DNA of 64,000 bases from Candidatus Saccharimonadota bacterium (GCA_017404725.1 JAFRBS010000027.1:349-64348); one strand, 5' to 3'. Shown: positions 28,600 through 39,426, counted from the stretch's first letter. Translations and numbers: made by a program. The notes: generated from the letters alone by a model not told the origin.

Positions 28600-29755
28600 A
28601 ACAACGGCGCTGAATAAGATTGAAGCGGCAGTGTGCGAGCCGACCTTCTACAAGGTGATTCAGGGTGGTATGAGTGCTGGCAAGACTTTTGCCACCTTGA
28701 CGATTCTCGTCGGCTATTGCGAATCCTACCCTGATTCCCTAGTCACGGTGCTGGGCTTATCTTATCCGCACCTGTCAACCGGCGCCATAAGGGACTTCCA
28801 GCGCGTGATGAAAGAAACAAACCGCTGGGATGATTCCAGATGGTCTTCAACAACCCACATCTATCAGTTCCCAAACGGTTCTACACTTGAGTTCGTTTCA
28901 GTCGACAAAATGTCGGCTCGTGGTCCACGCCGTGATGTTCTATTCGTGAATGAGGCCAATGGCATCAGCTTCGAAGTATTCGACCAACTCGCAAGCCGTT
29001 CTCGCGATTTCGTTATTATCGACTACAACCCATCGGCTAAGTTTTGGGCTCATGAGGAGCTTGTGGAGCGGCAGAAAGACCAGACAACGTTCCTAGTGCT
29101 AACCTACAACGACAACGAGGCTCTGGGAGCGCGTGAGAGGGCTAATATCGAATCTCGCCGGCCAAAAAAAGGCGAAGAACCGTCAAACTGGTGGACAGTG
29201 TATGGTCTAGGCCAAATTGGAACGCTGGAAGGCAACGTCTATTCTGGCTGGGAAGAATCCACTGCCGAGGAAATCTCGGCAACTGGGAAACTGGTTCGCT
29301 ATGGACTGGACTTCGGGTTCTCGAACGACGAAACAGCCCTAGTGGCGATATATGAGATGGAAGACGGCAAACTTGGAGTCGTGGAAAAGTTGTATCGAAA
29401 AGGACTTTTGGGCTCAGAGTACCCGCTTATATTCCAAGAGATTGGCATTGACCAAAATGTGCTAATCGTGGCGGACTCGGCTCGGCCAGAAATTATCGCT
29501 GAAATTAAGGAAGCGGGTTTTAGAATCATCGGAGCTGATAAGAACCCAGGGTCAGTACTACGAGGGATCGATCGAGTTAGCCAGCGCCAGATTGTTTATT
29601 CAGGAAAAAATCTGAAGCGTGAGTACCTAAGCTACCCTTGGCGGACCAAACGTTCCGGGGAGGTGCTAGACGAGCCTCAGGACGGAAACGACCACCTTTT
29701 GGATGCTCTGCGATACGCTGTCGATGATTTGTCCAAAAAGCGGTTTGACTTTTAA
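28592..29755 (+). CDS. terL: Terminase large subunit (PBSX-like)
   Basis: Walker A GGMSAGKT, Walker B LFVNEA, and a C-terminal nuclease region with DHLLDALRY. Confidence 0.85.
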   Translation: MARTTALNKIEAAVCEPTFYKVIQGGMSAGKTFATLTILVGYCESYPDSLVTVLGLSYPHLSTGAIRDFQRVMKETNRWDDSRWSSTTHIYQFPNGSTLEFVSVDKMSARGPRRDVLFVNEANGISFEVFDQLASRSRDFVIIDYNPSAKFWAHEELVERQKDQTTFLVLTYNDNEALGARERANIESRRPKKGEEPSNWWTVYGLGQIGTLEGNVYSGWEESTAEEISATGKLVRYGLDFGFSNDETALVAIYEMEDGKLGVVEKLYRKGLLGSEYPLIFQEIGIDQNVLIVADSARPEIIAEIKEAGFRIIGADKNPGSVLRGIDRVSQRQIVYSGKNLKREYLSYPWRTKRSGEVLDEPQDGNDHLLDALRYAVDDLSKKRFDF

Positions 29756-29812
29756 AAAACCGAACAAAACCGGGCAAAAAGCCGCATTTTCGGCACATTT
29801 GTTCGGTTTTTT
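29754..29812 (+). terminator. Large hairpin terminator after terL
   Basis: 15-bp stem AAAAAACCGAACAAA / TTTGTTCGGTTTTTT with an inner GCCG/CGGC hairpin. Confidence 0.6.
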
Positions 29813-29855
29813 AGTCTATAAGTGGGTGCGTTAGGCACCTTTTTTTGTTGTTGCA

Positions 29856-29877
29856 AGCACCCGTACGAAATTATCAT
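29856..29877 (+). promoter_or_regulatory. Phage promoter-like motif copy 2 (AGCACCCGTACGAAATTATCAT)
   Basis: Its TATCAT ends 6 nt before the capsid-gene ATG at 29884, which implies a leaderless mRNA. Preceded by TTGTTGTTGCA, as in copy 4. Confidence 0.55.
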
Positions 29878-29883
29878 GTCGGT

Positions 29884-31821
29884 ATGATTACAGAATTTTC
29901 GAAAGCAACCACCATTACTAACGACAAAGTCCGCCGGGACGACAAGACGAATAGGCGCATGCGCCACATCGTCGCTAACTCCGGGCTTGAGATGGAGTCT
30001 GGCGAAGTTCGTGATCTAAATATTCTGAATGTCATGGGAACAGATGGAAAACTCTACAACGTTAATGACCTGCCGAAACCGGAAAAGCAAGACATACGCT
30101 ACACCGTTCAGTTGGCAACAAACCATGGACATGTTGACGAAGCGACAGGAGAATTGACCCTCGATGTAGAGGACATCATCGGTGATGCGCAAGTGTGGAT
30201 TCAGGACGGCGAATTGCACGCCTACATCTACTTTGCTGACGATGACCCGAAGGCAGACCACGCGTATGCGGTTTCAGATAACGCTAGTTATTCAATTGGT
30301 TCTGAATGGTATCCAGAGGGCTACTTCGGGGCTGGACTAGAAATCGAAGAACCTGTCGGAATCCTGCGCGAGATTTCGATGGTCAGTACTGGCAACGATC
30401 CGCGCGCTAAGACTATTGACTCCAAACAAAAAGACGAGGCAGATGGCGTTGATATGGCCGCTAAGTCTGATGATGGAGGAACAAAACAATTTAATTCGAA
30501 AGGAAATGAGATGACTAAGAAATTAGACGAACTCACCCAGGATGAGGGACGCGCTATGGCTGAGCGAATTCTCAACGTCGTTGAAGAGTTCACCACTGAC
30601 GCTCCTGAATCCGAAACTGAGCCAACTCGCCGCGAATCTAAAGATGAGGTCGAGGAAGCTCCAGCTGAAGAGCCAGCCAAAGAAGAGGCTCCAGCTGAAG
30701 AGAAAAAAGACAGCCTACATATGCCGGTTGTCATTATCAAAGACAAAGTAGCTAAGCAAGAGAAAACCGCTGACGCGGTCAAAGCTGACTGGCGCCTTAC
30801 CAACGACGCTCGCCAGACCTTCTCAAGACTTGCCGGTCAGTTCAAGAAGTTTGACGGCAATTTCACTGCTGCCTGGCAGAACGAACTCAAAGCCCACCGT
30901 GCTACCACCAATGATGGCATCACTGGCCTTGCGCTTCCTGTCGATACACGCCAAATCCTTATTGACGCGGTCAAAGCTGGCGAAGACGACTCTGTGCGCA
31001 TTCTCAACTGGTGTCAGCAAGTCGGCGGCAAGAGCCTTGCTGTCAAACTAATTGAAACTGCTGGCGAAGCGAACGCTGAAGGTTCCCGCGCTCATGGTCA
31101 CAAGAAGGGCGACACTAAGATTTTCCAAGAGCTAGCAGCTTCGAATCGTACCATCTACAACAAGATGATCTACAAAATGCTTGACCTCGATGCTCTCGAA
31201 GTTTACGAAAACCCAGAGCTTATCGAGTTCCGCTCCCGCGAATTAATCCGCATGCTTCTTGCTGAATATGCACGTTCCATCGTTATCGGCGACGGTCGTT
31301 CCGCTCCAGCTGAAGGTCAGCCAGACTACCGCACCTTTGATGGCACTCGCGGCTTTTACTCGATCCTCGGCGACGCTACGGCCGCTGAAGGCATCGGCAC
31401 CGAACTTGCCACCTCCATTACGGTTGCGGCTGGTAAAAATCTTTACGATGCATCCATCGAGGTAACTGGTGCGATTGACGCTCCTGGCGCTCTGATGTAC
31501 ATCGCCAAGAAGTCGGTTGTCACTTCTTACCGCCAAGCCACTAAACTTAACGGCGATTATGTCGTGGCTCCGGGCGCTTCCATCGAAGCTTCACTCGGGG
31601 CGGCTGAAGTCGTTACCCCTAAGTGGATGGACTATGCTGATGTTGACGTAATCGTTGTCGCACGCAACGCCTATAAGCTCATCGGCGATGCGAACGCAAC
31701 TATGCGCCCAGAGTTTAACGTGATGACTAACCAGAACATCCTTCTGGCTGAGGCTCCACGTGGCGGTTCGCTTGGTGAGCGCAACTCTGCGGTTGCTGTT
31801 ACCTTTGCAACTTCTGAATAA
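29884..31821 (+). CDS. Prohead protease - acidic scaffold-like linker - major capsid protein fusion (HK97-like)
   Basis: The N-terminus carries S78/U35-like elements (NHGH, ASYSIGSEW, REISMVSTGNDPRA). The middle is a Glu/Lys-rich linker. The C-terminal 330 aa or so are capsid-like by size and position. Confidence 0.6.
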   Translation: MITEFSKATTITNDKVRRDDKTNRRMRHIVANSGLEMESGEVRDLNILNVMGTDGKLYNVNDLPKPEKQDIRYTVQLATNHGHVDEATGELTLDVEDIIGDAQVWIQDGELHAYIYFADDDPKADHAYAVSDNASYSIGSEWYPEGYFGAGLEIEEPVGILREISMVSTGNDPRAKTIDSKQKDEADGVDMAAKSDDGGTKQFNSKGNEMTKKLDELTQDEGRAMAERILNVVEEFTTDAPESETEPTRRESKDEVEEAPAEEPAKEEAPAEEKKDSLHMPVVIIKDKVAKQEKTADAVKADWRLTNDARQTFSRLAGQFKKFDGNFTAAWQNELKAHRATTNDGITGLALPVDTRQILIDAVKAGEDDSVRILNWCQQVGGKSLAVKLIETAGEANAEGSRAHGHKKGDTKIFQELAASNRTIYNKMIYKMLDLDALEVYENPELIEFRSRELIRMLLAEYARSIVIGDGRSAPAEGQPDYRTFDGTRGFYSILGDATAAEGIGTELATSITVAAGKNLYDASIEVTGAIDAPGALMYIAKKSVVTSYRQATKLNGDYVVAPGASIEASLGAAEVVTPKWMDYADVDVIVVARNAYKLIGDANATMRPEFNVMTNQNILLAEAPRGGSLGERNSAVAVTFATSE

Positions 31822-31847
31822 TACACCTAGAAATTAACGGAGGAAAT

Positions 31848-32237
31848 ATGACACAAGACGATTACAAACTCTGGACAGGCGGAACCACCAACTTCGCCGA
31901 AGCAGATTGGGAACGCATTGTCGCCAATGCGGCCGGTCGCCTTGCGTCATTCCTCTGCCTGGATGTATTACCAATGGATGAGGACGGTGAACTACCTGAC
32001 GATTTGCAGGAAGTCTTAGCCGCGTTCATCTGTGGCACTTTAAAGCTTCAAGGTGGAACTCAAGAGGTCGCCTCGAAGCATATACGAAACTTTACAATCA
32101 GTTTCAGGTCAACGGCGGCGAGAAATGCCTTTGTCTCGATCCGAGAACGCTTTGGCGACGTGTTGGAAAAATACAGCCAGTGCGGGCTAGGGTTTGCGGC
32201 CGAGAAGTCGAAGAGGTGTTGCTGTGGACGTTTTTAG
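31848..32237 (+). CDS. Head-tail connector (gp6-like), by position
   Basis: GGAGG RBS. First gene after the capsid gene, 129 aa. Confidence 0.4.
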   Translation: MTQDDYKLWTGGTTNFAEADWERIVANAAGRLASFLCLDVLPMDEDGELPDDLQEVLAAFICGTLKLQGGTQEVASKHIRNFTISFRSTAARNAFVSIRERFGDVLEKYSQCGLGFAAEKSKRCCCGRF

Positions 32238-32604
32238 CGCATTCCCAAACGCTCTGGTGTCTAATGTTTGGGAAATCGGCGAGATGACTCGAGACACCGA
32301 GATAGGTAAGTCTTTTGCCGATCCGGCGCCACTCGATGTCATTATCGACGATGAAGAGCAAGCTTTTCTCGACACTTCGCCTCAGGCGGAATATCGAGAT
32401 AGCTATACGCTCGTCTTCGCTAAACCAGAGCAACTGCCGACGCTCAATACGAGCAAACTTCAAGGCGGCTATCTTTTGCGGAACACGGAGACTTGCGAAT
32501 ACTTTGAAATTCGCAAATGTTCTATCGGCAAGAACCAAGAGACTGGGCAAATTGAGCACGTCGAGTTCGAATTGCACCAAACGGAGGTCGATAATGAGCT
32601 CTAA
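32224..32604 (+). CDS. Head closure/adaptor protein, by position
   Basis: GTG at 32224 behind AAGAGG. Overlaps the upstream stop. Confidence 0.35.
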   Translation: MDVFSAFPNALVSNVWEIGEMTRDTEIGKSFADPAPLDVIIDDEEQAFLDTSPQAEYRDSYTLVFAKPEQLPTLNTSKLQGGYLLRNTETCEYFEIRKCSIGKNQETGQIEHVEFELHQTEVDNEL

Positions 32605-32968
32605 TGCTAACCAAACGCAGATAATCTGGTATGAAGACAGAATTGCCGGAATCAAGGACAGGTTTCGCAAGGGTCTGGTCGAAATGGGGTATGCGGTCGC
32701 CAATCAAGCACGCAACTCTGCGCCTTATAAGACCGGAGCGCTTAGGAACTCGATTCGAGTGACTACTCTCGGTTCGCAAGACGATGTTTACGTCGCGGCC
32801 GGTGGCACAGTCGGCGGCAAATCCGTTCCATATGCTAGGATTCACGAGCTTGGTGGCTATGCCGGACGGAACCATTCCGTCTATATCGCGCCGAAGCATT
32901 ATCTAGCAAATTCGCTAGATAATATCCTCCGCACCGACTGGACGAAATACTTCAAGGGGGTCGCATGA
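32594..32968 (+). CDS. HK97 gp10-family head-tail joining protein
   Basis: Start MSSNANQ behind GGAGG. ARNSAPYKTGALRNSIRV matches the gp10-family pattern. Confidence 0.6.
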   Translation: MSSNANQTQIIWYEDRIAGIKDRFRKGLVEMGYAVANQARNSAPYKTGALRNSIRVTTLGSQDDVYVAAGGTVGGKSVPYARIHELGGYAGRNHSVYIAPKHYLANSLDNILRTDWTKYFKGVA

Positions 32969-33393
32969 TCACCCTTGGGCTATTTCGCAAGATGGCAGAA
33001 GAGGGGGTAGCCGGCCTCTCGAAGAACCAAAACTTCTTCTGGGAAGAGGCGCCGCTTCAGCACGATGGCAAACCGGCGAAGGGCGTTTGGCTGGTGACTA
33101 GGGGCGGAGATATCACTTCGTCTCGCAAGGGGCTCAATCTTCGAACCACGGTTGACTTCTATGTCGCCTTTTCAAACAAGGCACAAACAGAGGCGGTGTA
33201 CGCGGAGATTCAAAAGTGGCTGCGCGAAAATAAGAGTATTTGTGAGCTGTCTGGGGCCGTCACCGGCACTGTGTACAGTTACGACTACTCAAATGTGCGC
33301 GTCAGGCCTACACAGAGCCCGCAGAACGCCGGTATAACCGAAAATGGACTGATTATAAAGGTAGCAAGCGTTTTGCTTATCTACGACGAATAA
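32965..33393 (+). CDS. Tail completion/terminator protein, by position
   Basis: 142 aa, lying between the gp10-like gene and the major tail gene. Confidence 0.4.
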   Translation: MITLGLFRKMAEEGVAGLSKNQNFFWEEAPLQHDGKPAKGVWLVTRGGDITSSRKGLNLRTTVDFYVAFSNKAQTEAVYAEIQKWLRENKSICELSGAVTGTVYSYDYSNVRVRPTQSPQNAGITENGLIIKVASVLLIYDE

Positions 33394-33417
33394 TTAATTA
33401 ATAAGAAAGGAATATGT

Positions 33418-34050
33418 ATGGCACAATCCATTAACATCACCCAGCCACACCGCATCGTTCTTCGCAAGAAAGCGAGTGCGGATGCTGAGTGGCAGACTCT
33501 CACTCTGAACCCGGACGACCTAGGTCAGGACACTCAGATGTCGGTCAACATCGCACCGATGACGAGAACTCGCGCTTCGTCTGCTGGCACGACTGAGACC
33601 CCAATTCCAGGTACGCTTGATGCGTTCTCTGGCACTATCAGCATCATGCTGGACAACTGGCATATCGTTGGCGAGCTTATCGGCAACTGGAAGGCCGCAA
33701 CTTACGAAGGCGCGGATATCAATGCGGGCCAGATCACGGATGGAGGCAACAATCTTTGTGGAGCTTCTGAGTATTGGTCTGTAATCTGCCAAGGTATCTG
33801 CGAAGACGGCTCCGAAACTGACATCGAACTTACTCGTTGCCAGCCGACCATTACTGACGATATCGAGATTGGCTCGAGTGAAACGGCAACCCAGACGATC
33901 GCACTTAATCCGATCATCTACAACCCGTCCAACCACTCGGCTGATGGTTACCCGCAGTCTAGCTACCGCTTCGGTGGTTACTCTACGACGCAAAATATGC
34001 GCCTTAACCCAACTACTGGTGAATACGTCGCCAGCGGCGAAAGCGAGTAG
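33418..34050 (+). CDS. Major tail protein, by position
   Basis: AAAGGA RBS, 210 aa, immediately upstream of the chaperone and tape measure genes. Confidence 0.5.
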   Translation: MAQSINITQPHRIVLRKKASADAEWQTLTLNPDDLGQDTQMSVNIAPMTRTRASSAGTTETPIPGTLDAFSGTISIMLDNWHIVGELIGNWKAATYEGADINAGQITDGGNNLCGASEYWSVICQGICEDGSETDIELTRCQPTITDDIEIGSSETATQTIALNPIIYNPSNHSADGYPQSSYRFGGYSTTQNMRLNPTTGEYVASGESE

Positions 34051-34057
34051 CTAGCAA

Positions 34058-34501
34058 ATGGCGAAGCCTGAGATTACCCTTGCAGAGGCGAAGAAACATC
34101 TTCTGCCGAAGAAAGGTAGTCTTCAGGCTTCCGACCTGATTGACACAGAAAGGTTGGCGGAGCTTCGAAAAAAGGCAAAAGCAGCCGAGAAGAAACGGAA
34201 AGCTGCTAAAAAAGCACGTTTTGATACGATCGACGCGTATTCTGCGGAAATAATCGCTCGTTTTGGGTACCGAGCGTACCTAGAATGGAATGATGGCGAA
34301 ATTGACGAGGCGCAGATGGCTAAATGGATCATGGCCGAACGAGCAAGAGATAAGGTCAACATCTTAAATCTTGAAGCAATAATCATATCGTTGGTTTCAT
34401 CCTGTGTACGTTATCAAAAAGGATCGCCAAAGCCGAAAGGACCGGCTCAGGCACAGAAAATCTATAAAGAAGAAGTGAAAATATCGAAAGGTGAGATATA
34501 A
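34058..34501 (+). CDS. Tail assembly chaperone, by position
   Basis: 147 aa, directly upstream of the tape measure gene. Confidence 0.45.
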   Translation: MAKPEITLAEAKKHLLPKKGSLQASDLIDTERLAELRKKAKAAEKKRKAAKKARFDTIDAYSAEIIARFGYRAYLEWNDGEIDEAQMAKWIMAERARDKVNILNLEAIIISLVSSCVRYQKGSPKPKGPAQAQKIYKEEVKISKGEI

Positions 34502-37275
34502 TGGCAACAGAAGTCGGACAAGCAGTCGTAAAATTATCGTTTGATACTAAATCACTCGATAAGAGTCAAGCGGAGGCAGAGCGCAAAATCACCAATGCCG
34601 GGACATCATCTGGCAGCGCTTGGGGCAATGCATGGACGGTTGCGGCTGGCAACCTTATCGCCAAGGGTGTGGAAAAGGTTGCTTCAGCGATCCAGAATAA
34701 TCTCGGGAACGCGATTAAGCGCGTCGATGTCATGAACAACTTTCCAAAGGTGATGCAAAACCTCGGCATTTCAGCTGACGCTTCTTCGCGCGTGATTAAG
34801 GATTTATCTGAAAAGCTGATGGGCTTACCAACGACGCTCGATAGTGCCACGCTGGCGGTTCAGCGGTTCACGTCTAAGAATGGGGACGTGGAAAAGTCTG
34901 AGCGTATATTCCTAGCGGTTAACAACGCCATCTTGGCTGGCGGGGCGAGCGCAGAAATCCAAGCCTCGGCGATGGAGCAACTATCACAGGCCTACTCTAA
35001 AGGTAAGCCTGACATGATGGAATGGCGAACAATTCAGACGGCAATGCCGGCTCAGCTCAAACAGGTGGCAACGCAGATGCTCGGAAATGTGGACGCACTT
35101 CAGAGCTACCTAAACAAGGCCCGGACGTTCGCTAAAGAGAATCCGCTCAATTCAGCGGCAAAAGAGCTAGTAGAACAGCTTGAGGCGGTGGCAGATGGCA
35201 CTGGTGATATGACTACGGCACTTGGAACAGCCTTGAGATCTGGGGTAATATCAATGGATGAGTTCACCGATACGATGATCGAAATGAACAAAACCGGGAC
35301 TAAAGGGTTTGCGAGCTTTGAGAAACAGGCAAGAAGCGCTACTGGCGGTATCGAGACGTCTATGACTAATCTGAATACGGCAATTTCGAGGGCGATTGCA
35401 AATGTGATTAACTCGATTGGGTCTGAGCGGATAAACAGGGCGATCCAAGGAATCATCGGGTTCATAAATCAGTTAGGGAATACAATTTCTGGAGTAGTCA
35501 ACTTTATTATAGACAACGGAGGAGTGATAGTCAGCGTATTAGCCGGAATTGGAACAGCTATGGCTACGGCATTTGTCGTAGATAAGGTCAAAGCGTTCAC
35601 AACTGCGATCCAATCGCTGACCTCTGCGTTCGTCAGCCCTACCGGACTAATAGCGGCAGCTGCTGGTCTAGTAGTCGGTCTAATTTCGGTAGTAAATGCG
35701 ACCGATGATGTCGAGTCTAGAATGTCGGAAACTAGCAAATTCCTAAGAGATATGGGCGACTCTTTGGCGGAAAATAAACGCTCGTGGGAAGAACTACAGG
35801 CCGCACAAGAAAAACAACTAAGCGCGGGTATGTCGGAAATGGCATACTATCAGTCGCTGGCATCCGAGTTAGACCGTATCGTAGACGAAAACGGCCGTGT
35901 TCAGTCTGGATACGAACAGCGTGCCGAGTTTATTGCGAGCAGGCTAAAGGACGCTCTGGGCGTAGAAATCAGCCTGCAAGACGGTGTCATAAAAGGATAC
36001 CAGGGCATAAAAGATAGCATAAATCAAGTCATCGCCCAGAAGAAAGCTAAAATTATCCTTGACGCCCAAGAGGCTGGATACACCGAAGCAATCAAACAGC
36101 AGCAGGTAGCCTTAGAACAAATGGGCAGCACACAGGAAGAAATTACGCGAAAACACGCCGAATGGATGAACGCCGAATATCAGTTAGAACAGCAGCGTTC
36201 TACTATGTCTCAGCAACAAATTATAGATGCCCAAAACAGAATATTTGCTCTGAAAAACGAGGAGCAGGCGCTTACGGATACTTTAAATGCACAGAAAACA
36301 CAATATGGCCAGTATACCTTCCAAATCGGCGTATATGAAGACAATATGGCTAAGTTCCACGCCGGCGAGTACGATGCAATGAACACTGCGACGTGGGGGT
36401 ATATTCAAAAGTTCTCCGAAGCGGAACAAGCGGAAAAAGCAATGCTGGAAGACCAGATTTCAACCACGCGTGGAGCGATGACTACGCTCGAAGAGCTTTA
36501 TAAACAGACAGGGGACGAGACTTACCGCATCCAGTATGAGTCGAACCAAAAGAAATATGATAAGCTAGTAGAGTCGCATAAGAAATATGAAAAAGCGACG
36601 CAAAATAATCAGGCGGCTACCCTGGCAATCTGGAACGAAGGGCTTGGTAATATTTTGTCTACTATTAGTGGCAAGCAAGTAGAGTTTAGAAAGGAAGGAG
36701 ACGGCTCTATCAGCCAGTATGTCAAAGGGGTTAAATCGCAAAGTTGGGAATCTGCGGCGGCCTTTAATGGCGCCATCGACCAAGCTTTGGGCCAAATCCA
36801 GCTTCGTGAAGGAGAGTTTTACTCGGTTGGGAAAAATCTCATGGCAGGAGTCATAAAAGGGGTTCGGGAAGGCAAAAACGGACTTGTTGACGGTATGGTA
36901 GATGCCATAATCAAAACGGCAGACGCTGCTCGCGCTGTCGCGCAGATTAAATCGCCTTCGCGTGTATTCGCCGAGATTGGTTACTATATCGATAAGGGGC
37001 TCGAACTTGGTATCCGTAATAATGCTGGCGGAGTTGCGGCGGCTGCCGAGAGTATGGTCCATAAGGCCGCTTCGGCGAGCGGCGAAGTTGGCGGGATTGA
37101 TATCGCAGCGAATATCCCAGATCACTCTAGCGTACTAGAGCAAGTCTATCGCGTGGAAAGCGAAGACAAAGCCGCGTCAGGTGATGCTGGACAACCGCTA
37201 GTCGTCAACCTTGAGTTGGACGGCCAACAAATACAAAGAGTAATTTTGCAAGATGAAAGGAGAGCAACGGTATGA
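34501..37275 (+). CDS. Tape measure protein
   Basis: 924 aa with the N-terminal tape-measure motif AMEQLSQAYSKGKPDMMEWRTIQTAMPAQL, a central hydrophobic segment and long coiled coils. Confidence 0.85.
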   Translation: MATEVGQAVVKLSFDTKSLDKSQAEAERKITNAGTSSGSAWGNAWTVAAGNLIAKGVEKVASAIQNNLGNAIKRVDVMNNFPKVMQNLGISADASSRVIKDLSEKLMGLPTTLDSATLAVQRFTSKNGDVEKSERIFLAVNNAILAGGASAEIQASAMEQLSQAYSKGKPDMMEWRTIQTAMPAQLKQVATQMLGNVDALQSYLNKARTFAKENPLNSAAKELVEQLEAVADGTGDMTTALGTALRSGVISMDEFTDTMIEMNKTGTKGFASFEKQARSATGGIETSMTNLNTAISRAIANVINSIGSERINRAIQGIIGFINQLGNTISGVVNFIIDNGGVIVSVLAGIGTAMATAFVVDKVKAFTTAIQSLTSAFVSPTGLIAAAAGLVVGLISVVNATDDVESRMSETSKFLRDMGDSLAENKRSWEELQAAQEKQLSAGMSEMAYYQSLASELDRIVDENGRVQSGYEQRAEFIASRLKDALGVEISLQDGVIKGYQGIKDSINQVIAQKKAKIILDAQEAGYTEAIKQQQVALEQMGSTQEEITRKHAEWMNAEYQLEQQRSTMSQQQIIDAQNRIFALKNEEQALTDTLNAQKTQYGQYTFQIGVYEDNMAKFHAGEYDAMNTATWGYIQKFSEAEQAEKAMLEDQISTTRGAMTTLEELYKQTGDETYRIQYESNQKKYDKLVESHKKYEKATQNNQAATLAIWNEGLGNILSTISGKQVEFRKEGDGSISQYVKGVKSQSWESAAAFNGAIDQALGQIQLREGEFYSVGKNLMAGVIKGVREGKNGLVDGMVDAIIKTADAARAVAQIKSPSRVFAEIGYYIDKGLELGIRNNAGGVAAAAESMVHKAASASGEVGGIDIAANIPDHSSVLEQVYRVESEDKAASGDAGQPLVVNLELDGQQIQRVILQDERRATV

Positions 37276-38183
37276 GCGTAAAAGATGTAGTTAGTGAATG
37301 CTGGATCCTGACTTTGTTTGTCAGGGAAGATGGGCAGAGGCTCTTGCTTGGGTCTGGGGATTATGCGTTCCGCTCAGATCAGCAACACTTCTCAGCGAAC
37401 TTAATTGTGAACGATACGGTCGACGTTCAGGGTGGCGATGGAACTTATATCATCGGTCAAGTTCGCCGGGCACAGCCACAAGTTTTCGAAGGCTATGTCG
37501 GTGATGGTAGCTATTCTAAGCAACAAGTTGAAGAGAAACGCCGAACTTTTATCGCCTTTTTCCAAAAGAACCACGTTTTTGAAGCGATCTATATATTCCC
37601 TGACGGTACGGCAATTCGGCGACAAAGAGGCTATATCACATCCGCACCTGAAGTTAAAGAGCTCTATCAGGTAGCGCCCGAGTACAGCGTTGCGCTGAAC
37701 TTTGAGGACGTCAACTACTATTCCTACGCTGAGGATGAGGATGGGAATGAGATTTATTCCCAATCCGCTATTATCCCGCTTTATGGTTCAGTTGGTGGTG
37801 GTCTTATTTGGGATAATACTGGTGCTGTCTTTGATAGCACTGGTGCCACTTTTGATGGTGGCCCGAATGGCGTTTCGACGCTTAATATCGCTACTATCAG
37901 TACTATTTATCCAGTTTGGACGGTCAGAGGCAGATCTGAATACCCGCAACTCTACAACGCTACTACTAACACTACAATTAAATATGACGGAATTGTGACT
38001 TCCACACAAACCTTGGTGGTCGATATGTCGCGTCGCACAGCAACGCTTAATGGCACGAACGTATTATCTCGCATTTCAGGTGAGTGGGTTTCGTTCGCGC
38101 CGGGTTATAACCGGATCCGCTACGACGCCAATAACGACTACGCGCCACACAGCTCCATTGAATGGCAGGAGGTGGTTGCTTAA
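37272..38183 (+). CDS. Distal tail protein (Dit-like)
   Basis: Position immediately after the tape measure gene; 303 aa. Confidence 0.5.
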   Translation: MSVKDVVSECWILTLFVREDGQRLLLGSGDYAFRSDQQHFSANLIVNDTVDVQGGDGTYIIGQVRRAQPQVFEGYVGDGSYSKQQVEEKRRTFIAFFQKNHVFEAIYIFPDGTAIRRQRGYITSAPEVKELYQVAPEYSVALNFEDVNYYSYAEDEDGNEIYSQSAIIPLYGSVGGGLIWDNTGAVFDSTGATFDGGPNGVSTLNIATISTIYPVWTVRGRSEYPQLYNATTNTTIKYDGIVTSTQTLVVDMSRRTATLNGTNVLSRISGEWVSFAPGYNRIRYDANNDYAPHSSIEWQEVVA

Positions 38184-39391
38184 TGATTAAAACTCCAGAA
38201 TATGAAGTGATGCTTTATCTAAACGGACAGATTATTGGCGATGTTCGGAAATTGGCTCAGAACCTAACTTGGTCTAAGAAAAGAACAAGGGTGGGGGTTG
38301 ACACTATTGACTTTATCGTCAACGACGTAATGCTGGCACAGTGGTGCGAAGGTCGAGGCACTAGTTTGGCTGAGATACTGAAGCCGATCGCACTTGAGTG
38401 CCGGCTTATACGAAACGATATTCCGGTCGTTGGTGGATTTCTAGCGACATTGCCGAGCTATTCACCAAATCAGGCATCCGCCAATTTATCACTAAAGTTT
38501 GATGGCTTTTTAAACCTTCTGGATGGCGTCTATCTTGCGCCTGGAGAAACTCAGAGTGGCAAGATGGGCCAACTGGTAGTTGACTGGATTAACGAAGCAA
38601 ATACGCGTTCTGAGAGCTATGGAAAAGGGTTTGGGCTCGTGGCTGGCACTGTTTCCGACATGGCAAGCGTCGACCAGACGTTCGAGAATTATTCCTCGGT
38701 CAAGCACGTCCTTGTCAACCGTTGTGACAATATCACTGGCGCAGGGCCGTTTGATGTTTATTTTCATCCGGATAAGACCTATGACGTGCTAAAAGACGAA
38801 GAGTTTGGCGATATTATCGACAGCTATATCATCTACTACCCTGGACGCCTGAATAATACCTCGGCGTCGAGTATATCGGCTCCAGAGGTAACTGGGTTCG
38901 CTTCGGCAGTTCTTGGGGTGGGGGCCGGTCAGATTTCAGAAGATGGTTCGTCGCAGTCGGAGGCCCCGACTAGTTTTCAAGTGAACGAAGATGCGGTAGC
39001 TGAGTTTGGGTATTTTGAGACAATTTATCAAGCGTCGAGTGTATCGGTTCAAGATACGTTGGATCAAAATACTGCTTCTAAGCTTGCGATTACTTCTTCT
39101 GGCATCTGGCAGCCGCAAGTTACGCTAATTGGATCGGAAATTGAGCCGACACCCGATGGTGATATTAAGATCTGGGTTGGAGATACCGTGACGGTCCAGA
39201 ACTCTGAAGATTTGACCGGCATGACGAACGGCCAATTCAGAGTGAACGCCTTGGTGGTCAAAGTTAGCGCTTCTAATGCCGAAACAGTTACCCCGACGCT
39301 AGCTCGAGGAGATGCTTCCGGGAACCAGACTTTTGCACAAGAGCTTGTCGATATCAAAAATGAACTTTTAGCGTTGAAAACTGCGCGATAG
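38183..39391 (+). CDS. Tail-associated/baseplate hub protein (Tal-like)
   Basis: Start MIKTPEYEV behind GGAGG. Position after Dit. Confidence 0.45.
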   Translation: MIKTPEYEVMLYLNGQIIGDVRKLAQNLTWSKKRTRVGVDTIDFIVNDVMLAQWCEGRGTSLAEILKPIALECRLIRNDIPVVGGFLATLPSYSPNQASANLSLKFDGFLNLLDGVYLAPGETQSGKMGQLVVDWINEANTRSESYGKGFGLVAGTVSDMASVDQTFENYSSVKHVLVNRCDNITGAGPFDVYFHPDKTYDVLKDEEFGDIIDSYIIYYPGRLNNTSASSISAPEVTGFASAVLGVGAGQISEDGSSQSEAPTSFQVNEDAVAEFGYFETIYQASSVSVQDTLDQNTASKLAITSSGIWQPQVTLIGSEIEPTPDGDIKIWVGDTVTVQNSEDLTGMTNGQFRVNALVVKVSASNAETVTPTLARGDASGNQTFAQELVDIKNELLALKTAR

Positions 39392-39426
39392 TACGCTATA
39401 ATTAGCTTATATTAAAGGAGTATACT

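Noticed and set aside
32104-32703. Long antisense ORFs inside phage genes (32104..32703, 36565..37125, 26096..26605, 30321..30803, 33520..33993)
   Set aside because: They lie opposite well-supported, RBS-preceded + strand genes. They have low-complexity or Ser/Arg-rich translations and no start signals.
34058-34501. Programmed -1 frameshift producing a longer tail assembly chaperone
   Set aside because: There is no second overlapping ORF between the chaperone and the tape measure gene (the stop overlaps the ATG at 34501), and I could identify no slippery heptamer with confidence.
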